From a virus: a stretch of DNA of 64,000 nucleotides. The notes beneath the pieces were generated by a model. That model ran no database searches, was not told the DNA's origin, and saw nothing but the letters and a program-made list of their open reading frames with translations. Of the stretch, positions 1 through 10,543 are shown one piece after another. Within the stretch, counting starts at the first letter, position 1. Every line of letters begins with the position of its first letter. The stretch is from the IMG/VR virus record IMGVR_UViG_3300045988_160053. One strand, written 5' to 3'. A program made the position numbers and the translations under genes.

Positions 1-1
1 G

Positions 2-283
2 GATAAATTGAAAGAATCTATGACTGCCGTACAGAAATCTATCTCTGATCTGCAGTCTGCAGATTCTTCTTCTAACACTTCAATTGAACAGATCAATACA
101 TCATTACTTAGCATGACCAATAATATCGAAACAATACAGAACAATATTACTACTTTGACTCAGAATACTGCTGAGATCAAGAAAAGTGCTGATAATGCGA
201 ATTCATCAGTCACAACACTGCAGGAAACTATTAAGTCACTACAGACTAGAATTGAAGCTTTAGAAAAAACTCAGACTAAATAA
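2..283 (+). CDS. coiled-coil virion protein, 5' end runs off the window
   Basis: The frame is open from base 2, and the track start at 8 is a TTG. The sequence is heptad-like and S/T/N/Q/I/L-rich (IETIQNNITTLTQNTAEIKK...LQETIKSLQTRIEALEK). It heads the + strand fibre block. Confidence 0.5.
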   Translation, partial: DKLKESMTAVQKSISDLQSADSSSNTSIEQINTSLLSMTNNIETIQNNITTLTQNTAEIKKSADNANSSVTTLQETIKSLQTRIEALEKTQTK

Positions 284-297
284 GGAAGGAGGCAGTT

Positions 298-1005
298 ATG
301 TATACACTAAAAATTACAGATGAAAATACTGTTGTTACAACAGTCAAAGAATCAATTGTGGAAAGAAGCAATTATGTAGATAAGATTCAGATTGTAACAA
401 GTAAAATGTACCGGGAACAGATTGATATGTCAGATACAACTGTTTATATGAAGTATAAGCTTCCAGTGTCAGGCAAAATTAAAATGACACAGCTGATTCC
501 GAATGATCTTGCATATGAACAGAATTATATCCAGTATTTAATTCCCGTTGATGCCGGACTTACTGCTGAAGCTGGTGATATTGAAGTATCTTTCACATTT
601 TTAAAACTGATTGCAAATGAAGACAAATCTTACACTTCTTATATTCGCAAGACCACATCAGGTGTTATCCATATCACTCCACTTGTACAATTTGATAAAT
701 ATGAACCTTCAGAAATGTTTACTGAAATTGATCAGAGACTTCTTGTTATGGAAGGAATGATTAAAGATTTAGATGCTCAGAACAAAGCTGCTTATGAAGG
801 TATGGTAAAAGATATTCGTCTGGATACAGATGGAAGAAAGATTACGCTGACAGACAGAAACGGTGATGACACCGGAGATGGTATCGTTGTAAAAAATCTT
901 TCTGCTATGGTAGCCGAAGATATGACAGGTAAAGATCCTGATGGAACACAGGATGGAGTTGTCCATCTTGATCAGGTTGTTGATCTGGATAAATTATTAA
1001 AGTAA
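298..1005 (+). CDS. hypothetical virion/baseplate-associated protein
   Basis: ATG preceded by a GGAAGGAGG RBS; 235 aa. The motif LIPVDAGLTAEAGDIEVSF resembles LIDAAVTANAGDIIFEI in the N-terminus of the next ORF, suggesting a paralogous N-domain (by eye only). Confidence 0.6.
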   Translation: MYTLKITDENTVVTTVKESIVERSNYVDKIQIVTSKMYREQIDMSDTTVYMKYKLPVSGKIKMTQLIPNDLAYEQNYIQYLIPVDAGLTAEAGDIEVSFTFLKLIANEDKSYTSYIRKTTSGVIHITPLVQFDKYEPSEMFTEIDQRLLVMEGMIKDLDAQNKAAYEGMVKDIRLDTDGRKITLTDRNGDDTGDGIVVKNLSAMVAEDMTGKDPDGTQDGVVHLDQVVDLDKLLK

Positions 1006-1017
1006 AGGAGTCATGAT

Positions 1018-4000
1018 ATGTCATTTAAAGATTCTAAAATTGCTGCTGCGGCTAATTCGGCAATGACTTTGAGTGCTGAGTTAGCCGTAGACACTGAGGA
1101 ATATACATTATGTACTGATGGTCGTTATGAAGTATATACCAAATATCAAGACAATGCATATTCAACAGTGGATAACTTAAAAAATATTGCCGTTGATGCT
1201 ACACAGATTAATATCATGCAGGAAGAAAACAGCCAGTATATGCCATTTAGGATTCCAAGATATTGGGATGGTATGGATCTTATGGATATGCTCATCCAAA
1301 TAAGATATGAATCTGTAGCTGAGAAAAAGGGTAAAGTAGCGACAGTTATCAATGTAGCTTCCAATAATACTTATATTCGATTTGGTTGGTTGATTGATGC
1401 TGCTGTTACAGCAAATGCCGGAGATATAATTTTTGAAATTATGGCTACTGGCGTAAATGAAAAAGGAAACAATTATATTTGGAGAACCAGACCAAATGGT
1501 CAGTTTACTGTTCTTCAAGGATTAAATTATGATGGAATCATTGAACCTTCTGAAGATTGGTATACAAGTTTTGTAAATATGATTCTTGGTCATGTAGCCG
1601 AAGCAAAACAATACGCAGATGAAGCAAAGGCTTCTGCTGCTTCTATTAATGTAGATGATATAAAGGCAGATGTAAAAACATCTGTTATGAATGATCTTAA
1701 TGGAACAGTAACTGAATCTCTGAAAGCATATTATACAAAAACAGAAGTTGATACAAAAGTCAAAGAATTAAACACTGCTATTTCCGGTATTGACAGTTTG
1801 AAGAACTTAAAAGTTGAATATGACAACACAACTGGAAATTTAGTGTTTAAAGATGGAACGGAACCTATTGGAAAACCTATTACTATTAACAGTCTTGCAA
1901 ACCTCATAGTTGAGTATTCTGTTGTCAATGGAAAAGGTTCATTAGTATTTAAAGATGGAGAAACTATTATTCAGACTGTAGAACTTAGTTCTATTGAGCC
2001 ATCTGCTGAGTGGAGAGCTGCATTGAAGCAGGAACTTGAAGCAGAAATGGACGAGAAAGATACAGTAATCTCTAATCGAATTGATCCACTTGAAACAGCT
2101 AAAACTGAAATCGAAAAGAATGTAAATGCCAATACTACTGCTGTCTCAGAGATAAAAACTACTATTTCAAACATTGAGAAGAAAGTAGAAAGTGCCGCTA
2201 CAAAATCTGATGAGGCCAAAAATGCTGTAGATATCTTGAAACAAAATATGACTTCTTATGATACTCAGTTTGAAGGAATTAATACAGATATTACAGATGT
2301 TAAAGCCGCCATTGAAGAAATCAAGAAAAATCCTGCGGCTGCAGAGTACGATGTTACATACGAAAATAGTATTTTTACATTTTTAAAGGATGGAGAAATC
2401 CAGAAAAGCTTTAAAATTGAAGGTGGTGGAGGATCTTCCTCAGATACTACTACTATTACTATTGAAAGAATCACAAATGCAGATGCTATTTTCTTACTTG
2501 GTTCAAAAGCAATTATTGAATATAGTTTTTCATCTGTAGATAATACTGGTGATACAACTGGAGCCGGTACTGCTGTGTGGAAAGTTGGTAATACTATTGT
2601 AGCTACGAATACGGCTGCGCAAGGAAACAATAGTTTTGATATCACTGAATATCTTAATGTCGGTGCAAATACTATTAGATTAACTATTACCGACAGTTTT
2701 GGGACACTTGCCACTAAGACATGGACTGTTACTATTGTAGAATTCAAACTTGAAAGCACATTTGATGATACTTTGTTATATACAAATACAGATGTAGTAT
2801 TTAGGTATACACCTTACGGAAATGTCAATAAGACTCTTCATTTTATTCTTGATGGAAAAGACTTAGGCACTGTTGAAACTCAGTCCTCCGGCAGAATTAT
2901 GTCTTATAATATTCCTAAACAGGAACATGGTAGCCATTTACTCAAAGTATATATGACTGCGACAATTAACAATAAAGAAATAACCTCAAATACTATTTGT
3001 AAGGATATTATTTGTGTTGATCCTACAAATAGAACTCCTATTATTGGATGTGCTCAACAGGAATTTACAGCACAACAGTATCAGGCAACAAGTATTAAAT
3101 ATGTTGTATATGATCCTGATCACAATCCAGCCTCTGTAAAACTATCAATTGATGGTAAAGTACAGAGCACTCTTTCTGTAAATCGTTCTGCTCAAATCTG
3201 GAGTTATAAGTCATCCACTGAAGGAAAACATAACCTGACCATCTCATGTCGTAAAGTGACTAAGATTTTATCAGTTAATATCACTAAACTTGATATTGAT
3301 GTTGAACCAATCATAGCCAACTTAGCATTTGATTTTAACCCTGTTGGAAAATCCAATGGAGATACCGACAGACTCTGGACCGATAAAAATAACTCTGCTA
3401 TTACTCTTTCAGTATCAGATAACTTTGACTGGGATAATGGTGGATACCAGATTGATGCTTCTGGAAACCAGTATTTCTGTGTAAAAGCTGGAACAACTGC
3501 TCAGATTAATTATAATCTCTTCGGAAAAGACCCGAAACAGACTGGTTCTGAATTCAAATTTGTATTTAAGACTCAGAATGTTCGCAATGCTTCTGCTACT
3601 TTCTTATCATGTATTGATGGTACTGAAGGCTCTGACGTAGGTATTAAAATGGATGTTCATGAAGCATACGTGAACACTTCTACTGACAGCTTATATTTTC
3701 CATATAGCGAAGAGGATATTATTGAATTTGAATATAATATCAATACAATTGATACAAAAGACACATCTGCAACTTCTATCATTATGACTTATGAAGACGG
3801 AGTTGGAGGAAGACCTCTTATTTATGATAATTCTCATAGACTGCACCAGTATTCTCCTGTTCCGATTACTATCGGTTCTCCGGATTGTGATGTGTTGATT
3901 TATAGAATGAAAGCTTATTCTGCTTCTCTCACTGATTCAGATATCCTTGCTAACTTTATTGCAGATGCTAGAGATTCAGATGAAATGATTGCAAGATATA

Positions 4001-7000
4001 ATAGAAACCAGATCTACAATGACAACAATGCTCTTACTCCAGATTCTGTAGCTAATGCTTGCCCGAATCTAAGAGTAATCAAAATTGAAGCCCCTCACTT
4101 TACAAATGATAAGAAGGATTTTGTTAAAAATACTTCTATGGAATGTATTTATAAGAATGGGGATCCTAAATTAGATAACTGGAAATTTATTAACTGTTTC
4201 CACGCTGGACAGGGAACTACAAGTAATGAATATGGTTTTGCTGCCAGAAATATTGATGTTATTTGTTGTGCGGATGGTGTACATCAGATCAATAGTAAGA
4301 TTCCTCTTGATCCTAACTATAAGACAGAGTTAGTTCTTGGTGATGGCACAAAATATGAGGACGGAACTGGTAAGATTAGTCTTACAAGAAACTCTGTTCC
4401 AAATAATTGGTGGAATTTTAAAGTAAATGTAGCATCTTCAAATATGGCAACTAATGCATTAGGACAGAAGAGATTCAACGACTTTTTACCATATGAAAGT
4501 CCTGCGGTACGTAGAGATCCTAAAGTTAAAAACTCTATGGAATTTGTCAACTGTGTAATCTTTATTAAAGAATCTGATCCTGATATTACTACTCATAGAG
4601 AATTTCAGGATACAGACTGGCACTTCTACTCTCTCGGTAATATGGGAGATTCAAAGAAGACTGATATTACAAGAGCTTATGATCCAGAGGATATGAAAGA
4701 ATTCTGTATTGAGATCAGTGACAATACTCTCCCAAACTCTGCATTCCAGACCGGTATAACAAACCAAGATGGAACTATGAAATATCCTATCAGTAAAGCT
4801 GAATGGAAAACTGGTAATACAGCATATGATGCTCTGTATAATAACTGGGATGGATCATTTGAATTCAGATATGATTGTTGCGGCGATTCTAAGGATGGTT
4901 CTGCTCTTACTTCTGATGAAGCAAAAAAGAAAATACGTACAGATAACAAACAGATTTGGAGAGACTTCTATGAGTTTGTAATTACGTCTAGTGATAAAGA
5001 ATTTAAAGATGGCTTGAAAGATTGGTGTATTCAGGATGCAATGCTCTATTTCTATTTAGTTACACTCAGATATAGTATGATTGATAATAGAGCCAAGAAT
5101 GTTTTCCCGCATTGGGCAAAACATTATATCACTCAGGAAGAAGCTACAACTATGGGTGATAAAGCTAAATATTATACTATAGATGATGATGCGGCTGCTC
5201 TGCATAATGGTTATAGATTTGATCTATGGGCATATGATATGGACACTCAGCTTGGTATTAATAATTCAGGTGAGCTGTCATTCCCATATGGTAAGGAAGA
5301 TACTGACTATAAAGAAGAAGGAAATCCTTCATCTGGTTATGTTTTCAATGCTGCTGAATCTGTATTGTGGTGCAGAATACGTGATATATTTACACAAGAA
5401 TTAAGAAATATGTATCAGTCTGTAGACTCTAACTGTTGGTCTGATTCTCATTTAATTAATGAATATGAGGCTTGGCAGAGCCAGTTCCCAGAAGAACTTT
5501 GGAGAATCCACTATGAAAGATTATATCTGAGAACATATCGTGCTGGAACAGTAAGATTCCTTAATGAGATGATGAATGGACGTGGAAAATATCATCTCAG
5601 ACAATGGGAACGTGACCAGCATATTTATATGGGAACGAAATTCTTACATACAGATGTAAAGTCTGATCAGATTATGTTCAGATGTAATACTCCTAAGAAA
5701 GTTGTAGTTAAACCAGATTATACTCTGAAGATCATTCCTTATTCTGATATGTATATTTCTGTACTTTATGGTAATTCACCAGAAACTACTCAGGTACGTG
5801 CAAAAGCCGGACAAGAATATAAGATTACTACGGACTTAACAAATATGGATGATACAGCTATTCTTATCTATGCTGCATCAAGAATTGAGGCACTAAATGA
5901 CCTCTCTGCTTGTTATATTCATGATAATGATTTCTCAAAGGCTTCTAAGCTGAAAACTCTTATCATTGGTAATAATACAGCTGGATATCAGAATACTTTT
6001 ATGACATCTCTTAATATGGGTAATAATACTCTTCTTGAGACTTTGGATATTCGTAATTGTCCAAATCTTACAGGATCTGTTAACCTGTCTGCATGTGAAA
6101 ATCTTATTAATCTTTATGCTGATGGAACTATTGTAACATCTGTATTATTTGCTAATCATGGTAAGATTGCTCATGCTTCTCTACCATCTTCTATTAACAC
6201 TCTTACACTCAAGAACCTCAAAGACTTAACTGATCTTAAGGTTGCAGGATACGATAATTTACAGACATTTGTGTGTCAGAACTCTATCGTAGATGCTCTT
6301 GCTATCTTAAATGCTGCTATTAATACTCTTCGTACCGTAACAATTACTGGTATCTCATGGAATCTTGATGATACTACGCTTCTTCTGAAATTAGCAAAGC
6401 TTACTGGTATTGATGATAATGGAGCTACTACAGAGCAGTCTGTTCTTACTGGAACCGTACATGTACCTGTAGTCAGACAGCAGGAATATAAAGAATTTGT
6501 TGGTTCTGAAGATGAACCTGGAATCTGGACAGACCTTGTTCTTACTTACGATTCAATCATTACTCAATTCAAAGTTACATTTATAAATGATGATGAAAGT
6601 AATACTATCCTTGATATCCAGTACGTAGATAAAGGTGGAAACGCTGTTGATCCTACTACAAGAGAAGTTAATCCGATTCCTATTCCTACAAAGAAAAGCA
6701 CAATTAAGCTTGATTATACCTTCAAAGGATGGGAAGGTTCAATGACAGGAATCTTTGCTGACAGAACTATTACTGCTATATATGACAGTAAAATCCGTGA
6801 ATATACTGTAAAATATGTTTCTAAAGGATTATCTCTTCAAGAATCTACTGCCCAGTATGGTTCTTATGTAAAATATACAGGTGATACTCCTGTATATACT
6901 GCTGAGGAATCTGCTTATAAGTACAATCTGTTTAAAGGATGGGATAAGTCAGGATTTGTCGATGGAAATAAAACGATCAATGCAGTATATGAAACATGCG

Positions 7001-8241
7001 AATACGTAGATGGATACTTTGATAGTAAGGATCTGGCCAATATGACACAGGTTGAGCTTTATACTCTTATGAAAATGGGACTTGAAGCAAAATCATTATC
7101 ATTAAAAGATACATTAGATTTCAAACTTGGTGTTGATTATAGCTATGGCGACATTGAAGAGCATGAAGTTATTTCAGCTGCGACTAAATTTGATGGAACA
7201 AACTATATTGACACCGGATTAAAAATCATGGAAAAAGACAGAGACTTTACAATTGCTATTGACTTTGAATTTGATTCAGGAAATAGTGTAAACTCCACTC
7301 TTGCTCAGTGTTTTCAAGGTGATGGTTCAAATGGATTCAGACTTTGGTATTCTCAGGAACCTCGTTTCTCATGGAATACTGATAGTATAACTCCATCTGC
7401 TGGAACAAACCGAGAGATTATTGTATTTCGTCATGAAGCTGGAAGTCAGAAGCTTTATATGTACAATTCAAACATGACTGGGAAAGAAGTATCTTCTACT
7501 ACTCTGAATGCGATCAGGATTCCAGAGCATAGTTCCACTCTCGTATTTGGATGTTCTAAAGCTGACGATGGAGCATATGAAAACTTTGCAAAAGGCACTA
7601 TACATTGGGCTAAAGTCTGGTACGCAGATCTTGGTGAAGAACAATGTATGGATATTGCTGCATGGATCCACGAAGTAATCCCTATGGAAGTGGCTAAGTT
7701 TAAAGGATATTATCTGTCTGACGTTGCTTCAAAGAGAGCTAACATTACATTTGTTGCTTCTAATCTCCTTGGTACAGAAAAACCTTATAATAATAAGAGC
7801 ACAAATGCAGGTGGATGGGCTGATTCTACATTAAATACATGGTTGAATACTCGTATGGTTAAGGCAATCTCTCCTTTATGGAAAGCTCTGATCAAACCTG
7901 TAAAAGTATACTCTTCTATTGGTAATAAATCTAATGACACTTCTGTATCTAATTGCAGATTCTATGTTCCATCTCTGTACGAAGTTGATCCTACTGCTAC
8001 TTCTGAACCATATATTTCTGAAACAAATGCTCCTATTGCTTATTTCACAGATGATGATACCAGAAAGAAAGCAAAACCTTCTATTCCTGCAGAGTATAAA
8101 TCTTATTGGACCAGATCTCCAAATGCTACAGTTGCAAACTGGTTGTATACGGTTAATGAATCTGGTGCAACATATGGATTCTCTTATCCAGGACAGAATT
8201 CTGGAATTTTACTTATGTTCTCAATTTCATGCGAGGGGTAA
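1018..8241 (+). CDS. giant multidomain tail/receptor-binding protein (2407 aa): coiled coil, Ig-like repeats, 2 LamG-like, CotH-like, LRR, 2 Listeria-Bacteroides repeats, DUF6273-like C-terminus
   Basis: AAGGAG RBS; single uninterrupted 7.2 kb ORF. CotH-like motifs: MIDNRAKNVF and FDLWAYDMDTQLG (about 4050-5650). LRR: LETLDIRNCPNLTGSVNLSACENLINLYADG (about 5880-6420). Listeria-Bacteroides repeats: FKVTFINDD...YTFKGWEG...ITAIY and YTVKYVS...FKGWDKSG...INAVY (about 6565-6995). LamG-like: PDCDVLIYRMKAYSASLTDSDI (about 3310-3965) and FDGTNYIDTG...TIHWAKVWYADL (about 7180-7640). C-terminus: GGWADSTLNTWLN...YWTRSPN. Confidence 0.85.
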   Translation: MSFKDSKIAAAANSAMTLSAELAVDTEEYTLCTDGRYEVYTKYQDNAYSTVDNLKNIAVDATQINIMQEENSQYMPFRIPRYWDGMDLMDMLIQIRYESVAEKKGKVATVINVASNNTYIRFGWLIDAAVTANAGDIIFEIMATGVNEKGNNYIWRTRPNGQFTVLQGLNYDGIIEPSEDWYTSFVNMILGHVAEAKQYADEAKASAASINVDDIKADVKTSVMNDLNGTVTESLKAYYTKTEVDTKVKELNTAISGIDSLKNLKVEYDNTTGNLVFKDGTEPIGKPITINSLANLIVEYSVVNGKGSLVFKDGETIIQTVELSSIEPSAEWRAALKQELEAEMDEKDTVISNRIDPLETAKTEIEKNVNANTTAVSEIKTTISNIEKKVESAATKSDEAKNAVDILKQNMTSYDTQFEGINTDITDVKAAIEEIKKNPAAAEYDVTYENSIFTFLKDGEIQKSFKIEGGGGSSSDTTTITIERITNADAIFLLGSKAIIEYSFSSVDNTGDTTGAGTAVWKVGNTIVATNTAAQGNNSFDITEYLNVGANTIRLTITDSFGTLATKTWTVTIVEFKLESTFDDTLLYTNTDVVFRYTPYGNVNKTLHFILDGKDLGTVETQSSGRIMSYNIPKQEHGSHLLKVYMTATINNKEITSNTICKDIICVDPTNRTPIIGCAQQEFTAQQYQATSIKYVVYDPDHNPASVKLSIDGKVQSTLSVNRSAQIWSYKSSTEGKHNLTISCRKVTKILSVNITKLDIDVEPIIANLAFDFNPVGKSNGDTDRLWTDKNNSAITLSVSDNFDWDNGGYQIDASGNQYFCVKAGTTAQINYNLFGKDPKQTGSEFKFVFKTQNVRNASATFLSCIDGTEGSDVGIKMDVHEAYVNTSTDSLYFPYSEEDIIEFEYNINTIDTKDTSATSIIMTYEDGVGGRPLIYDNSHRLHQYSPVPITIGSPDCDVLIYRMKAYSASLTDSDILANFIADARDSDEMIARYNRNQIYNDNNALTPDSVANACPNLRVIKIEAPHFTNDKKDFVKNTSMECIYKNGDPKLDNWKFINCFHAGQGTTSNEYGFAARNIDVICCADGVHQINSKIPLDPNYKTELVLGDGTKYEDGTGKISLTRNSVPNNWWNFKVNVASSNMATNALGQKRFNDFLPYESPAVRRDPKVKNSMEFVNCVIFIKESDPDITTHREFQDTDWHFYSLGNMGDSKKTDITRAYDPEDMKEFCIEISDNTLPNSAFQTGITNQDGTMKYPISKAEWKTGNTAYDALYNNWDGSFEFRYDCCGDSKDGSALTSDEAKKKIRTDNKQIWRDFYEFVITSSDKEFKDGLKDWCIQDAMLYFYLVTLRYSMIDNRAKNVFPHWAKHYITQEEATTMGDKAKYYTIDDDAAALHNGYRFDLWAYDMDTQLGINNSGELSFPYGKEDTDYKEEGNPSSGYVFNAAESVLWCRIRDIFTQELRNMYQSVDSNCWSDSHLINEYEAWQSQFPEELWRIHYERLYLRTYRAGTVRFLNEMMNGRGKYHLRQWERDQHIYMGTKFLHTDVKSDQIMFRCNTPKKVVVKPDYTLKIIPYSDMYISVLYGNSPETTQVRAKAGQEYKITTDLTNMDDTAILIYAASRIEALNDLSACYIHDNDFSKASKLKTLIIGNNTAGYQNTFMTSLNMGNNTLLETLDIRNCPNLTGSVNLSACENLINLYADGTIVTSVLFANHGKIAHASLPSSINTLTLKNLKDLTDLKVAGYDNLQTFVCQNSIVDALAILNAAINTLRTVTITGISWNLDDTTLLLKLAKLTGIDDNGATTEQSVLTGTVHVPVVRQQEYKEFVGSEDEPGIWTDLVLTYDSIITQFKVTFINDDESNTILDIQYVDKGGNAVDPTTREVNPIPIPTKKSTIKLDYTFKGWEGSMTGIFADRTITAIYDSKIREYTVKYVSKGLSLQESTAQYGSYVKYTGDTPVYTAEESAYKYNLFKGWDKSGFVDGNKTINAVYETCEYVDGYFDSKDLANMTQVELYTLMKMGLEAKSLSLKDTLDFKLGVDYSYGDIEEHEVISAATKFDGTNYIDTGLKIMEKDRDFTIAIDFEFDSGNSVNSTLAQCFQGDGSNGFRLWYSQEPRFSWNTDSITPSAGTNREIIVFRHEAGSQKLYMYNSNMTGKEVSSTTLNAIRIPEHSSTLVFGCSKADDGAYENFAKGTIHWAKVWYADLGEEQCMDIAAWIHEVIPMEVAKFKGYYLSDVASKRANITFVASNLLGTEKPYNNKSTNAGGWADSTLNTWLNTRMVKAISPLWKALIKPVKVYSSIGNKSNDTSVSNCRFYVPSLYEVDPTATSEPYISETNAPIAYFTDDDTRKKAKPSIPAEYKSYWTRSPNATVANWLYTVNESGATYGFSYPGQNSGILLMFSISCEG

Positions 8242-8270
8242 CTATTCCCCTCTTATAAGGAGGATATCAC

Positions 8271-8513
8271 ATGTATTATAAAGTAATCAAAAATGATGAA
8301 GTCGTAGATGTCCTTAATCATATCCTGTATATCAAATATCAGGAAAAACATAGTCTGTTGCTTCTATGTGATATCACAGAAGCACAGGCTATTTTAAGTT
8401 CAGACGGAAAATATGGATGGCACATTGAAGGTCTCTATAATTTTCCGCCTGATAATGACATTTATGCAATAAAAGAAATTTCAAAATATGAATATGACAA
8501 ATTGAAGAGGTGA
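8271..8513 (+). CDS. hypothetical protein (80 aa)
   Basis: AAGGAGG RBS 7 nt upstream of the ATG. Lies between fibre genes. No recognisable motif. Confidence 0.6.
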   Translation: MYYKVIKNDEVVDVLNHILYIKYQEKHSLLLLCDITEAQAILSSDGKYGWHIEGLYNFPPDNDIYAIKEISKYEYDKLKR

Positions 8514-8520
8514 TCACAGC

Positions 8521-9384
8521 ATGGCGTTAATTCCAACCTGGTATTCTGCATCAACTAAGCAAATTGCAGAAAAGGCTTTACAAAGAGGGGTGCTAAAATA
8601 CCCAGGACTTTGTTACATCCAAGACAGTAAGAGTATAGCGTGGGTGACCATCGACAACACATTAGAATATGTCAAAGGAGATAAACAGATTACAGATGTA
8701 AAATGCATCGGATCAAATCTTATGTTTTTCTCTGGAGATAAACTGCTTTTCTCTTATGACATATCTATGACTGATGAAGATAAAGATCATATTATTGAAG
8801 AGGTCAAGAAAACAATCGGATTGGATAATTATGTCAAATCTTCTGAGCTTTCTACTCTTTTAGATAATATAATCGGTAATCTTGAAGATAAGTCCACTGT
8901 TGTAGACTATATCAACAGCTTATCTTATAACAAATTATTTGACGTACCTATTGTAAATCTTATAGGTACACTTACTGTTCCTGTGAAGATATCATCACTC
9001 GATGATGGTATTTATAAAGTAAAAGGCCAATGTATCATTGGCGGAAACAATACTACTGTTCAATCTTCTGCAGACGATGTTCTGTATCTTGTATCTCATG
9101 ATGCTGATACTTCCAGCACAACAATCACAAAAATGCAAGGAAAATCTATTACATTGTATTTCATTCAGCAAGATGGTGAATATACGACTGATCGTTATGT
9201 CACTGAAAGCTGGATTAATGAACAGAATTTTGCAAGTGCTGATTCTGTAAAAGAATATGTTTCAAATATCATTGAAGAAACTGTTCTGGATGTTTTAGAT
9301 GAACATATTGACTCTGCTTTAGACCGAAAACTCGGAGGTATTGATTCCGAAGATTTAACAAATATATTTCAAGGAGGAAACTAA
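8521..9384 (+). CDS. hypothetical virion protein (287 aa)
   Basis: Long ORF in the same orientation, tightly packed between structural genes. No motif recognised. Confidence 0.65.
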   Translation: MALIPTWYSASTKQIAEKALQRGVLKYPGLCYIQDSKSIAWVTIDNTLEYVKGDKQITDVKCIGSNLMFFSGDKLLFSYDISMTDEDKDHIIEEVKKTIGLDNYVKSSELSTLLDNIIGNLEDKSTVVDYINSLSYNKLFDVPIVNLIGTLTVPVKISSLDDGIYKVKGQCIIGGNNTTVQSSADDVLYLVSHDADTSSTTITKMQGKSITLYFIQQDGEYTTDRYVTESWINEQNFASADSVKEYVSNIIEETVLDVLDEHIDSALDRKLGGIDSEDLTNIFQGGN

Positions 9385-9386
9385 TT

Positions 9387-10457
9387 ATGGCAAAATTACA
9401 GTTCGCTACACTTTCTAATCTTCAGGAGTTTTTAAATCTGCATAACGTACAGATCGACTCTAAAATCAGTGAGGCTGTCAAAAACTCAATTAAAACAGTA
9501 TCTCAGTCAGAAGACGGATACACACTTTATTTCTACACAAAAACTGCTCCAGTAACTATTGATGAAGCAGCATTTACTATTACTATTCCTCAGCCAACAG
9601 GTAAGGCAGATAAAGTAAAAGGAGCTATTTCCGGACATCTTGCAGGTCTTGATGCTAATGGTAATCTGGTAGATTCTGGAAAGGCAGCTACAGATTTCGA
9701 TGCAGCCGGAGCTGCTAACACAGCAAAAACAGAAGTAATGTCTTATGTTGGTACTATTCCTGCTGATGCAAAAGCTAAAGATGTAGTTTCTTATATTAAA
9801 GAAGCTGTAAAAACAGGCACATATGATGATTCTGCTCTAAAATCCAGTGTTGCAGCTAATACCGCAGCAATCAGTACTCTTAATGGAACCGGGGCTGGAT
9901 CCGTAAAGAAAGCTGTTTCTGATGCAGTTGCTCAGATTGTTAACGGTGCCCCAGAAGCGTATGACACGCTGAAGGAAATCTCTGATTGGATTTCTTCTCA
10001 TGCATCTGATGCAGCAGGAATGAATAGTCAGATTACTACCAATAAAGAGGATATCTCTAAGCTGAAAACACTTATCGGTACTCTCCCAAACACAGCAACA
10101 TCTAAAGATATCGTAAGTTATATTGCTGAATATGTTTCTAAGGCTCTTGCAGATTCTGACCTTTCTCAGTATGCGAAAGCTGAAGATCTGACAGCCGCTG
10201 TAGGAAGAATTGATGCTATTGAAAAGAAATTACCTACATTAGAAGCTGCTGATAAAAAGAATACCGAAGATATTACTGCTATTAAAGGCAGAATGGATAC
10301 AGCAGAAGGCAAAATTACTGCTGTAGAAAAAGATCTTGCTACTGAAAAACCGAAGATTGCTAAAAATGCATCTGATATTGCCGCTCTTAAAGGGCTTGTT
10401 GGAGATGGATATGAAGCAATTCCAAGTGCGTCTATCAAAGGTTTATTTACTGCGTAA
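9387..10457 (+). CDS. fibre-like coiled-coil protein
   Basis: AAGGAGG RBS. Ala/Lys/Asp-rich coiled coil with an internal repeat (AKDVVSYIKEAV / SKDIVSYIAEYV). The GAPEAYDTLKEISDWI motif is of the kind seen in phage fibre shafts. Confidence 0.65.
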   Translation: MAKLQFATLSNLQEFLNLHNVQIDSKISEAVKNSIKTVSQSEDGYTLYFYTKTAPVTIDEAAFTITIPQPTGKADKVKGAISGHLAGLDANGNLVDSGKAATDFDAAGAANTAKTEVMSYVGTIPADAKAKDVVSYIKEAVKTGTYDDSALKSSVAANTAAISTLNGTGAGSVKKAVSDAVAQIVNGAPEAYDTLKEISDWISSHASDAAGMNSQITTNKEDISKLKTLIGTLPNTATSKDIVSYIAEYVSKALADSDLSQYAKAEDLTAAVGRIDAIEKKLPTLEAADKKNTEDITAIKGRMDTAEGKITAVEKDLATEKPKIAKNASDIAALKGLVGDGYEAIPSASIKGLFTA

Positions 10458-10477
10458 AAATACAATTGATTTTATTG

Positions 10478-10512
10478 GGAGGAGGGCTGCAATGCTCTCC
10501 TTCTATTTTAAA
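10478..10512 (+). terminator. possible rho-independent terminator after the 356-aa fibre gene
   Basis: GGAGGAGGGC-tgcaat-GCTCTCCTTC forms a 10-bp stem with two G.U pairs, followed by TATTTTAAAAAT. The U tract is weak. Confidence 0.4.
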
Positions 10513-10543
10513 AATAAAAATGGAAGGATGTGACTAATGCAAA

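Noticed and set aside
1146-8281. Numerous 60-165-aa ORFs on both strands nested in the 2407-aa gene, for example 2265-2759 (-), 5183-5404 (+) and 7919-8281 (+).
   Set aside because: They are nested in a continuous 7.2-kb ORF with recognisable domains. They have no RBS, and their composition is typical of off-frame translation of AT-rich DNA.
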